A stretch of DNA of 64,000 nt from Phoronis australis (Eukaryota > Animalia > Phoronida), in NCBI GenBank assembly GCA_002633005.1, contig NMRA01000328.1, forward strand, positions 185,195-249,194, written 5' to 3'. Positions 43,401 to 53,179 of the stretch are shown here, one piece after another. Position 1 is the stretch's first letter; each line of letters begins with the position of its first letter. A program made the translations under genes and the position numbers. The notes under the pieces are model-generated. The model worked only from the letters and a program-made list of their open reading frames with translations. It did no database searches and had not been told where the DNA came from.

Positions 43401-43601
43401 TGCTGGACAATAATCACAACTCCTAGAACCTAGGAGGCAACCCTTTGAAGGAGGTGTGATGCCTCTGTGGTATCCCTTTGAAGGAGTTGTGACGCTTCTG
43501 TGGCATCCCTCTGGAGGAGGTGTGATGCCTCTGTGGCATCCCTCTGAAGGAGATGTGATGCCTCTGAGGTTCTAAGAGTAATTTGAGATTATTGTCCAGC
43601 A
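43401..43601. mobile_element. MITE with ~30-bp TIRs enclosing four 33-bp tandem units
   Basis: TGCTGGACAATAATC...TAGAACCT / AGGTTCTA...GATTATTGTCCAGCA. Internal unit CCCT(T/C)TGAAGGAGGTGTGATGCCTCTGTGGCAT. Confidence 0.75.
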
Positions 43602-44211
43602 GATTTAATTAGAGTACAATGAACTTTTGTGGATGGATCAACAACTACATTTTATTATTCTTTGACATGGGTAGCGATGAAAAATAAAGATATACAATTT
43701 TTATTTCAACTCAAAACATTAAATAAAGATATCTATGCCTCCAAAAAGAGGAACACGTTGTGTATTGGTGACTAGTGTGCGTAATATGCCAAAATGTACC
43801 TGTTTATAATATTTTATACTTTGGCCAGTAAGATGGCTATAATTCAAAATAAACTATATTTTCAATTTTCACACAAAAATGAATCATGATCTTTGATGAA
43901 AAGCACAAAAAATACGAGGCCATGTGTCTTTGCATTCTCTCACAATTGCGAAAAAATTTAATTGGGATTACTGGAAAAATCCAGTCTGGGATTATTTTTA
44001 GAGATGTGCGGCTTTGGGGATTTTTGTACCTGGACCAAAGATCATGATTCGTTTTGACATAATATAACACACAAATGAACTTCAATTCAATTTGAATTCA
44101 GCTCCCTTATAAGTAACTTTCGAACACCACTCCTCAGAAGTAGCGGCTTGGATTTACGTAAAACTTTCAGTAATTAAAATTTATGCTCTTTTTACCAAAA
44201 CACTGCTACTA

Positions 44212-45743
44212 CTGTTTTCGCCCTAATAAGCGCCCACGGTGCTTAGAAAAATTCACTTCAGGAAGGGGGCGCTTATTGTAGCCCAAAAGTGGTTGAAACC
44301 CGGTCTCCGAAACAGGTGAAATCGTAAGCTAGAATTCATCAAATTTACGCTCTGTGACAAATCTATAACCGATGACAGAGTTTCTACCGCTACAAAATTG
44401 CAGTGCATTGCTATCAAACTTTGTTGTTAAATTACGAGCATTTTTCAGAAAATCCCAGAGCAAAAACTCGCTGACTGATGGGTTGCTGCCTCGCGATCGC
44501 TGGCTATAGCTCAACTTGAATTCTTGAATAAAAATATAGTTTCGACTCAACAAATTACCTGAAGTCCTCCTTAAGTTTTCAAAATAGCGTCCCAAAGATT
44601 TTTAAGTTCCTGTCTAGTCGGGATTAACTGCATATTAAGTCGGAATCTGTGCTAGATTGTACTCTGCAACACGAGAAAAATCTCTGGACGAACGCGTATG
44701 TTGTTGTCACGTGATGTTTGTTTTGAAGTTCGTCTGCATATTGTTTGAGTGAGCGAGTGCGTGTCATCAGAGTTCACTTGCCAGAGTAAACGCGATGTAA
44801 CGATCTAGGTGTGCATTGTAACTAAGGAAATTAACACAAGCAGTAAAGCAGTAAAGCAGAACATGTTTTATTTAGCACTTCTTGATCTCATCTGCTAAAA
44901 AAAAATTTCGAGAATTGTCTCTGTAAGGCCGATGTCATAGAGTCGCCTGGTGACTGGATGCGTGACTAGATGCGTGACTGTTTAAGAGTTATTTTTCGGG
45001 AGATTCGGGTGGTGTAAGGGTTTGGAAGTGTTCACTATCAGTGGGTCATTTTGACTTTAAAAGCACCAATTATGACTAAATTAATAATCCCCCTTAAAAA
45101 TAACGCAAACGTTTTTTACGATACTAGAAACTTTCACAAATAAGGGCCAGTATATATTTCTTGCCAACGCTATGATACCCGTTTCATGAATAGATAGTTC
45201 CCGAAGACTAATCTTCGATGACACGTACTTGACTGAATGTAGCGTGCGCTTCCTGGCCACGTGCTTTTAACTGAACAAAGGTCAAGTTTTTATTAGTCTT
45301 TGAGACGAGGTTTTCACCTGTAGAAAGAAATTTGGATTCCTGTTGAGGGAGAAGATCTGTATGGGAAAGATACAATGCAATGCCTTTGACAAGTACGCCG
45401 GGTCTGTTCTGGAAGGTCAGACCATAATAGGACACGACCCTCGCAAGATCAGCACAACTTGCATTCTTTTTGAAGCACGACGGAAGTTTGAAGTGTACAG
45501 TCACGGCTAAATACCGATGTAGCGACGAGGCTCGTGGTCTACACATTCCGCGCACAATGATTGTTTCACGACTGTCAGATCTTATAGATAAATTGAAGAC
45601 GTTACTGTGGAATTTTGGAACTGTAGGTAAGGCATTTTTTGCATGTATACTGCGTTCAAGGACTGGGCGCTTATTTTAGCAAAGTCTGAAATCAAGTGGA
45701 GGGGCGCTTATAGGGGCAGGGGCGCTTATCAGAGCGAATGCGG
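44212..45743 (+). mobile_element. Tc1/mariner (pogo/Tigger-like) non-autonomous element carrying a HIRAN-like pseudogene
   Basis: TA|CTGTTTTCGCCCTAATAAGCGCCC ... GGGCGCTTATCAGAGCGAATGCGG|TA (19/24 TIR match, TA TSD). Bases 45300-45610 read RGFHL*KEIWIPVEGE..NAFDKYAGSV..IIGHDPRKIS..LKHDGSLKCTVTAKY..GLHIP. Confidence 0.78.
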
Positions 45744-46200
45744 TATTGTATATATCTGACTTAATGCACATCCTTGCTTATAAGGGAACTATTTATTATA
45801 AATTCAACAATAGATAAAATTGCATTTCATACAACATAGTACCTTTACAACACTTGACAGCAAATCAAAGCCAAATAGATTGGTGCAGAGCTAGTCATTA
45901 AAGTTATGCATAAAGACTTACCTTGCCATTTGCAACTTAGACCTCAACAAACACATAAAACTTCTGTCTTCTCAATCACAGCCTCTGACAAAACTTAACC
46001 AAGCGTAAAAAATGAAAGTACTCAGGACGGGAGTTTTGATCTCAACGCTGATTCATTCAATTACGAGTTGATCTAATGAAGGCTAAAACGGAATTTTAAC
46101 TAAAAGATCCACACAGACAAACATGTGTGTGGTTTAACTCAGTGTTCATAAATTCATTATGCACTGAAAACATTAGAAGGAATGAAAGAATGGACCCTAC

Positions 46201-46289
46201 CTGAACATGTCATGCACCGACAGTGATTCATTGTACTCGTTGCCAGAGGGCGATCTGTCTCGCTTCTGATCCCAGCGCATGATAAAATT
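46201..46289 (-). CDS. TPCN2: Two-pore channel 2 penultimate exon (C-terminal tail)
   Basis: ctctttgtag|AAT...TTCAG|gtaggg, 89 nt, phase 0/2. NFIMRWDQKRDRSPSGNEYNESLSVHDMF(R) matches TPC2 NFLHKWD...TVELLFR. Confidence 0.92.
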
Positions 46290-46543
46290 CTACAAAGAGG
46301 AGACAGTAAATTCATCCTACTACCGCTGCTGCAGCTATTATTATTTTATAGTATCATTACCTAGCAGGTATGGAGAATGTAAAATTACGTTCAGATATTA
46401 ACAGTGAAACAGTAAACCTTGGAATATTCTTCAAAATTTACGAAACAATTACAATTTGACAAATGCGTTTCTTTTTGGTTGCAAGAGATACACACAGTTT
46501 TCTCGGAAATAGCATTACACAATCTCTATTAGCAACAACATGT

Positions 46544-46668
46544 CATAATGCAGGCTAAGAAATGGATAGCTGGCATGATGCAGGCTAAGAAGTGGATAGC
46601 TGGCATGATGCAGGCTAAGAAATGGATAGCTGGCATGATGCAGGCTAAGAAACGGATAGCTGGCATAA
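46544..46668. repeat. 30-bp minisatellite (CATGATGCAGGCTAAGAAATGGATAGCTGG) x4
   Basis: Seen directly. Confidence 0.92.
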
Positions 46669-48026
46669 TTTTAGAAGCAGGTCAAAGCTGATACTGACCT
46701 TTTTGAGCATAGTTACCAGTAACACATGCAATGAACTAAGGAACGCATTTTGATGTGACGACAATGTCCAAGACATGTAGCTATGTGCATGGATGACAAG
46801 AGATTGCTCAAGATGCCAAGAGATTGTTTAAGATTCCAAATCTGCGTTGTGTGTGTATTTGTACAATAACTTTAGACAAGTTTACGTAAATTGACAGATA
46901 GCAATATTATTAAAAGCAGGAAGAGATAAACAAGAAGGGACAACTAGCTAAACCGACGTTTTTGGCCTCCTTCCCCAGATTAATTTCAGGACTTACGTTT
47001 CGTTTAAAAGGAAACAGATGATTTAATCAGAGAGATTAAAGCTTTTTCTATAGAAAGATATCAAAAAACTCACTTTGCAACCTTAAACAGTGGTGTAATT
47101 GTACTTTGAAAATATAGACTTCAGCGCACTCAATCGCAACTTCCCACATGCAGTCACGGTTATTTAAGCTTTTCCGTCGTTGTATAGATGGCGCAGTAGT
47201 CAAGTACTCCCTCATTTGCATATCAAATTTGCATGTGGGAGTTCTGAGACTCTCGTCAGTTGTTGGTCGAGCCCTTGAGTGAATATAGCAGTGACCTCCC
47301 GCTGAGAGCACGCGCTGATGAAGATATCACAGCGAACTCGATCGCTACGCAATCAGGAGGTGAAAACACTCTCATGACCGCACTTCTGAATTCCAACTAA
47401 GCAAGTCCTATTTCAAGGAGCGGACTTTGAATTGTATTCGTCCCCTGACAGTGGATTGCAGAGAAGATTAGAATGAGGTCAGCGGCTACCTATCGTGTTG
47501 ACAAAAGTTTGAAGTGTCAGAACCATAGACAGAGCGCGCGGGTTGTCTATGATTCCTGTTCTTCTTCAGTTGACGAAAACATTGCTATCGGCATAAAGAA
47601 TGACCGTGGCAAATTCATTTTGAGGTAGATACCTGTATCCAAGAATAAATATTAATACTCTGTTATATCTCACCCTCAGCGTTTCATTTCTTTGATGTTG
47701 TTTGAGGTTGCGGTATCGTGAAACAACGCCGTCGGGTGAGAGAAGTTGCACCGAATAGTTGGAATTGCCTGCAGTTCTTTCCTTTAGAATGCCCGGACTC
47801 AACTGTGCCGTTTCTTTGGCAAGTCTCTTGCCTGCCGAAATTTTTCTGAGCATTGAAGACATCGGCCTTCTCCTGCGCCAAACAACCTTTTGTCTGCTAC
47901 AGAAATGTTATGCCTAATTTTCTACCATTTTAGCACACTTTGTGGCTCTGCCATAATCGTATTTCTTAATTCCGCCACAGTATGCATACATGGAAGTTAG
48001 TTTTGCTAGGTGTTTTTCCAAGTTAA

Positions 48027-48343
48027 AGGCGAAGGCAACCTTTTTTCATGTCAGTTTTAGCAAAAATAAGGTTCGTTGATTATCCCAAACATATTTTTTC
48101 ACTTATTTACTGCTTTTCGTAATTTAATTAATTACTCGTCGTCTACTCAGGAAGTGACGTTTTGGGAGGCAAGAATTTCGCGCCAATTTCTTTTCATATA
48201 TTCTGACTCTGAGAGCAGTCGAGTCGGTCATTGTTCTACCTCGGTTGTGATAAGTTCGGTCGTTGTTTGCTTTTGCTTACGAGTCAGTCAACATGCCACA
48301 CTGTTGCTGCGTTCTGGGGTGTACTCATTATCGTCTCACGCAC
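48027..48343 (+). mobile_element. Left end of Kolobok family A (TIR and first THAP codons)
   Basis: TTAA|AGGCGAAGGCAACC, collinear with 1885-2205. ATG at 48293 gives MPHCCCVLGCTHYRLTH. Confidence 0.85.
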
Positions 48344-48596
48344 AGAGGAAAAACTGTCCCACTTGCCCGAGTGTCCCACGACACACTCCCACAAGAGGGT
48401 GATCTGAGCACCCAAACTGCTTACATCCTGCCGTATGACTCCCTCGCCACACACCTGGCACCTTCCAAATAGCTCCAATACAAGTCCACAATAAACTTAT
48501 CACACTTAGGCTCACCGATCTGTTCATTGGATGACGAACTGTCCTCCTCACTGGGTGTCGAACCTGTAATACCTGTAATACCTGTCACGGACAGGA

Positions 48597-51500
48597 TCAT
48601 TGGGGATATGCTGATGCACTATTCCCCTCCCCAGACCATCCCCGTGACAGCAGAAGGCGCAGAACTCCAGGGCTGACGTTGCCTGTAAGCATTTGATTTG
48701 ACAACACTCGGGCACGGCTCTTCTTGTGACTCTTCGCAGCATGGCCATAAATGATACCGGCTTCGAGCAGTCGGCTGCCATCATTGAACTCCGCCAGTTG
48801 GGATGCAGTCTGCTCGAGGTTGTGTTTGCGGGCCAGCAGCTTAACGTCAGCCGAATATAAGTAGAGGGGTTGGTTGGTGGTGCATGAGCCAGCGAGGTAA
48901 TCTGCACGCTCATTAATCAGGACACCGGCGTGGCCAGGTACGAAAGACCAGATCACCACATGATGAGGGTGGCGTGATCGGAAGACACCCCAGTTGGCTG
49001 GGAGGTTTCCAGATTGAACTTTCATCAACACTGCCATGGAATCGGTGGCAAAGATAATGGTGTGATTCTCCAGGTCTAAGAGTGACAGCTTGATTAGGGC
49101 ACGTTGTATAGCCTCAAACTCCATCCGCGTACTGCTTGTGTATACCTGGTGGCAGCCACTACCTTCCGCAATGACGTTGTTAGCACAGCGTATTTGATAA
49201 CCCCATCCCGCACGATTAGTTTCACCATCGAAGGATCCATCAGTTGCTACAATGATGGCATTAATACCGCCAAGATCACGCCATTGCTGACGGCACAATG
49301 CTTGGGCTACTCCTGGAGGCCATTCCCGAGCTTCCCTGTTGAACGCAATAATGACATTCGGTTCCTCACCAAGTTCTTGTACTGGCAGCCAAGCAGCATC
49401 TTGCGCGATCATGTGTTCGCCGATGAGACCCATGGTTGCGTTAACAGCAGCGACAGTCCACGAGCACCTGCTAAGTCTTTGGTAGGAGGCATTGCGAAAA
49501 GGTCTAGGACGAAGTCCATAAGTTACTGTTGCAGGGACGGGGTTCACGCACCTGTCAAGTGCAGTCTTCACTTGACTGTGTAAAGGATGGAAGGGGCTTT
49601 GAACAGCCTTGGCTAAAGTAATACCTTGTAGAAGAGATTGTCTGTCTGCAATGCTGGGAACACCGACAAGGTAACGTAATGCTGCGACTGACGTAGATCT
49701 CGTACATCCAGTGATGACGCGAAGACCAATGTTTTGGAGCCTCTCAAGTCTGTTGATTTGATTTTTACTGATGTTGATCATGGGGAGAGCGTAGTCGAAG
49801 ACCGAAGTGACCAGGGCTTTATAAAGCATGACGAGGTGCCTTTCCTCCGCCTTCCGACCAGCCGCAGCCCTAAGGGCATTGATTCCTCTGTTAGCACGGC
49901 TGATCATACTGTTAACTTGAGTTGAGAAGTTGAGCCTGCGGTCGAGTTCTACACCCAAGTGACGCATGTGGTCGGATGTTGCGATCAACTTCCCATCGTA
50001 GGTAGGGCAAGGGAAATCATCAACACTGAGGCGATTGTCCAGAGTACAAAAGAGAGCTTCACATTTGTCTCCATTGCAGCTCATTCCGCTGGTAGCACAA
50101 AACTCGCAGATTTCCATCAATGTAGACTGTGCTTTGTGTAGAATCTCATGATGTGTTTGTCCTTGAGATGACAGCAGCATGTCGTCTGCAAAGGTGCGAA
50201 GTCGGCAGTCAGCGCGGTTCAGTCTGGCGAGTGGGAGGGTGTAGATATTGAACAGCACTGGGGACAGAGGTGAACCTTGGGGTAAGCCTGTGTTGACAGA
50301 TACCCATTCTGAACGCCATGTGCGATGTTTTAGCATGCATCGCCGGCTGTTGAGGGCACTCATCACCCATCTAACGCATCGTACTGGAATACCAAGATGA
50401 AGCATGCCATCCGCAAGTTTTGGAAGTTGAACAGAATTGTACGCATCTTCCAGATCAAGGCCAACGAGGAGAGTGTTTTCTTTGTTTTCAAAACCTTGCC
50501 ATATCTCATCTGCAACAGAAGCTGCATTGGCCCATGAATCTCTACCAGGTCGATAAGCACCCATTCCTGGGAGGAGCCAGGGTTCAATTAACCTGGTGAT
50601 TCTTTGTGCCATGATCCTTTCAGGGATCTTTCCAATGACGTTCTGCATCACTATGATGCGATATCCCTTGAGTGCACGATGGTCTTTTCCAGGTTTTGGT
50701 ACAGGAATTAAGAAGGCATCTGTCCAGATGTGAGGGATGATACCAGTGGCCAGACTGACGTTGTAGGACTTCACAAGCTTGGCCAGCAGAGAGTCAGGCA
50801 AAGACTTGAGTGTCAGGACTCTCACGCCATCGGGGCCAGGGGCACCCTCTTTGCAAGTTTTGATAGCATCCGCAACCTGTGCTGTAGAGAATTGACTGTC
50901 CTGTTCAGCTGTGTTGCAAAGTCCATCTAGTTGTTGGATGAGGAGGTTTTTTTCAGATTCATCACTGTGGTCACTTTGCTGGATGAAACGCAGTAGAAAA
51001 GCCTCACCCTGTTCCCTGTCACTTCTGAGAATGGTGTTGCTTGCATTCAGTAGGATGGATCTGGGAGGAGCGCGTCTTTTGTCCATGTTACGATGGAAGT
51101 GCCAGAAATCTGTAGCTGTCAAGTTGGATCGGCTGCAAAGCTCATCCCATCGACGATTGGCAGCCTCGGATGCTGAGCGTTTGAACAGGGCAGTGGCCCT
51201 GTTTCTGGCTGTTCTGACGACCGTGAACTCTTCCGGTGTGCAGTTTTGGCGTGCACGATCAAAATCCCGCTCTTTGGAGCGCTTGTTGGCCCAGGCAGTG
51301 TCAACATCTTTATTCCACCAAGTAGGGGGGTTCTGCCTCCTGTAGTGGCATACGTGCTTATGTAAGCTTTTTGCGTGTCTGCACACTGATTTCCAGATTT
51401 CATCCCCTTCAGTATTATTGTAAGGCCGTTTATAAGTTGTTACAGGAGCCTTTAATTGGTGGTGTAGTTGAACTTCACACAAGTAGTGATCGCTACCAGC

Positions 51501-52391
51501 TTGACAACTCCTACGCCACTCAGCACGGTCGCGAAGACTGTCGCTGCTCAGAGCAAGGTCAATGCACGAGTCCTTGTCACCCGGTCTCTCAGCCATCCTT
51601 GTGGGTTCACCAGAGTTGAGAATATATAAATCTAGTTCTGGAAGGCATTCGGCGAGACCTTTACCATTTGGGTTCACACCGTAGACATCCCAGTTGGGAT
51701 GACGAGCATTAAAGTCACCAACAATGAGAATGTCGGGATAGATGTGAAGAAGATTGTGAAGAAAATTCCAATGGTCGCAGCTAGGGGAGGAGTTTCCCCG
51801 TATATACAGATTGACTAGTGTGAATGGGTCGTGGAAACCAGGATCAGTGACACTTATAATCTGTAGTTGCCTGTCAGTGGTAGTGAAACTGTGAGTATCC
51901 ACAAGCTCTACCATGGTGTGGCTGTCTTTGTTGATTGCGTACGCCAGGCCATTGGTGATGCCCTCTTTAGGAAAAAAGAAGCCTTCGAGTTCAAAGTCTG
52001 TTAGGTCCTTGAGTTTGGTTTCTTGGAACAGGAGAATGTCGTAGCCCGCACAGATTTTATCCAGTATATGTTTGCTGCCACGTATGCCACGTATATTACA
52101 GTAACCAATCCTGAGACGGTTGAGTTGAAGTCTTTCGTACTTGAGTTGTCGGGCACGTTTGCCAGCTCTTTTACCTCTGCGTTTCTTTCTAGGTCCGCGC
52201 TTTCTGGCGCCACGGCGGATGTTCTGTCCGGCTGCACTTTCCCAGTCGCGCCGTCCAGCATCCGTATGGACGTTTACTTCTGTAATAAATCTTGAAGCAG
52301 GCGATGGAGTAACGATAAGCCTGTCGAGGTTGTAACAACCTCTAAGCCCCCTACGCCCAAAGGGGCAGGCTAACCGCGGCGGGACAGTTCC
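48597..52391 (-). CDS. Retrotransposon polyprotein: basic leader, AP endonuclease, reverse transcriptase, RNase H (1264 codons stop-to-stop; first AUG only at 51914)
   Basis: APE motifs YCNIRG, FQETKL, GDFNARHPNW, CIDL and GSDHY. RT motifs GAPGPDG, LDLEDAYNSV, GLPQGSPLSPVLFNIY and FADD. RNase H motifs ATDGS, STRMEFEAI, ATDS and PGHAGVLINERAD. The frame stays open for 159 codons upstream of the tracked ORF, up to TAG 52392-52394. Confidence 0.93.
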   Translation of the reverse strand, partial: GTVPPRLACPFGRRGLRGCYNLDRLIVTPSPASRFITEVNVHTDAGRRDWESAAGQNIRRGARKRGPRKKRRGKRAGKRARQLKYERLQLNRLRIGYCNIRGIRGSKHILDKICAGYDILLFQETKLKDLTDFELEGFFFPKEGITNGLAYAINKDSHTMVELVDTHSFTTTDRQLQIISVTDPGFHDPFTLVNLYIRGNSSPSCDHWNFLHNLLHIYPDILIVGDFNARHPNWDVYGVNPNGKGLAECLPELDLYILNSGEPTRMAERPGDKDSCIDLALSSDSLRDRAEWRRSCQAGSDHYLCEVQLHHQLKAPVTTYKRPYNNTEGDEIWKSVCRHAKSLHKHVCHYRRQNPPTWWNKDVDTAWANKRSKERDFDRARQNCTPEEFTVVRTARNRATALFKRSASEAANRRWDELCSRSNLTATDFWHFHRNMDKRRAPPRSILLNASNTILRSDREQGEAFLLRFIQQSDHSDESEKNLLIQQLDGLCNTAEQDSQFSTAQVADAIKTCKEGAPGPDGVRVLTLKSLPDSLLAKLVKSYNVSLATGIIPHIWTDAFLIPVPKPGKDHRALKGYRIIVMQNVIGKIPERIMAQRITRLIEPWLLPGMGAYRPGRDSWANAASVADEIWQGFENKENTLLVGLDLEDAYNSVQLPKLADGMLHLGIPVRCVRWVMSALNSRRCMLKHRTWRSEWVSVNTGLPQGSPLSPVLFNIYTLPLARLNRADCRLRTFADDMLLSSQGQTHHEILHKAQSTLMEICEFCATSGMSCNGDKCEALFCTLDNRLSVDDFPCPTYDGKLIATSDHMRHLGVELDRRLNFSTQVNSMISRANRGINALRAAAGRKAEERHLVMLYKALVTSVFDYALPMINISKNQINRLERLQNIGLRVITGCTRSTSVAALRYLVGVPSIADRQSLLQGITLAKAVQSPFHPLHSQVKTALDRCVNPVPATVTYGLRPRPFRNASYQRLSRCSWTVAAVNATMGLIGEHMIAQDAAWLPVQELGEEPNVIIAFNREAREWPPGVAQALCRQQWRDLGGINAIIVATDGSFDGETNRAGWGYQIRCANNVIAEGSGCHQVYTSSTRMEFEAIQRALIKLSLLDLENHTIIFATDSMAVLMKVQSGNLPANWGVFRSRHPHHVVIWSFVPGHAGVLINERADYLAGSCTTNQPLYLYSADVKLLARKHNLEQTASQLAEFNDGSRLLEAGIIYGHAAKSHKKSRARVLSNQMLTGNVSPGVLRLLLSRGWSGEGNSASAYPQ

Positions 52392-52913
52392 CTACTGGCC
52401 TGGGGCTGCCAGGCTTAAGGCGGGCGGCAACTGACCAATGAGGGTTAAAGAACCCCTCCCACCGTCATGCGTGGCCCCTGACGCCCACCCGACGCCGATG
52501 AGGTGAAGGCTTAGAATCGGTAAACTGCCACGCACCGGTATGTTCACTGACACAATGTGGCAGCCGGGAGTGACCTCTCCCGGACCCCTGACCAAGAAGA
52601 CAATCCGTCGTCTCCTGCCCTTCTGAACGTTGAGTGCGTAGGACAAGTAAGGTATCCAACAGACACTTCGTCCACTCTGATGGGGGGGTCAGCTCCACCT
52701 GCAGCTCTTTGCAGTTCTTCTGACCGTGAGTGCCAGAGATGTGGAGAGCATCTGAAAGGCACCAAGTCTGCTCAGCCACAAAAAATAGTATTTTACAAGA
52801 CAAGGTAGTAAGTCTTGAGCCCAACCAATGAAGGGTGCTATTTGCCCATAGCTGGGAGTTAGGTTGGTGAACGCCAGAGCATATCCATACACCGATGGGT
52901 CATGCACGTTGCA

Positions 52914-53179
52914 CCTTTAAGAGCCTAACCTCTTCCGAGATCCCTTGCAAAATTTAGCCTGGGGCCGCAGGGTGCCCAGTTACCATGGTGTACCACGAGG
53001 AGGTACTGCAAGAGTCTTGATTAGAGGTAGTTAAAGGCCACCAAGGCGGGTCTTACACATGCCTTCCTAATTCGTCTCAGAGGACTAGGTGGTCGTAGAA
53101 GCTGAAAGCTAGAAAGTGCAAGCACTAACTATACTAAGCTACACTAACTACACATCTAACCCTGTGTCGAAGACACCAC
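52914..53179 (-). ncRNA. HDV-like self-cleaving ribozyme at the retrotransposon 5' end (long J1/2)
   Basis: P1 GUGGUGU (53179-53173) pairs with ACACCAU (52991-52985), including a G1-U wobble. P3/L3 is ACC-UCCUCGU-GGU. P1.1 is CC/GG. P4 is CUGGG...CCCAG. J4/2 is GCUAA with the putative catalytic C at 52957. P2 CUCUUGCA/UGCAAGGG is extended by ACCUCU/AGAGGU and CCUUUAA/UUAAAGG. Confidence 0.85.

Noticed and set aside
47566-47881. Basic ORF (LKERT..LLSPD..RYRNLK) as a transposase N-terminus
   Set aside because: The resemblance is vague, with no termini or catalytic motifs.
48549-48566. GGTTCGACACCC as a tRNA T-arm or B-box
   Set aside because: There is no A-box or cloverleaf. The motif arises from the tail/TSD junction inside Kolobok sequence.
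49104-51619. Plus-strand ORFs overlapping the retrotransposon
   Set aside because: They are antisense shadows of the real minus-strand frame with no motifs.
51915-52824. 2A-like ribosome-skipping peptide or gag-like ORF1 upstream of the APE domain
   Set aside because: I found no D(V/I)ExNPGP motif and no CCHC knuckle in the frames I read. The upstream ORFs are short and unrecognisable.
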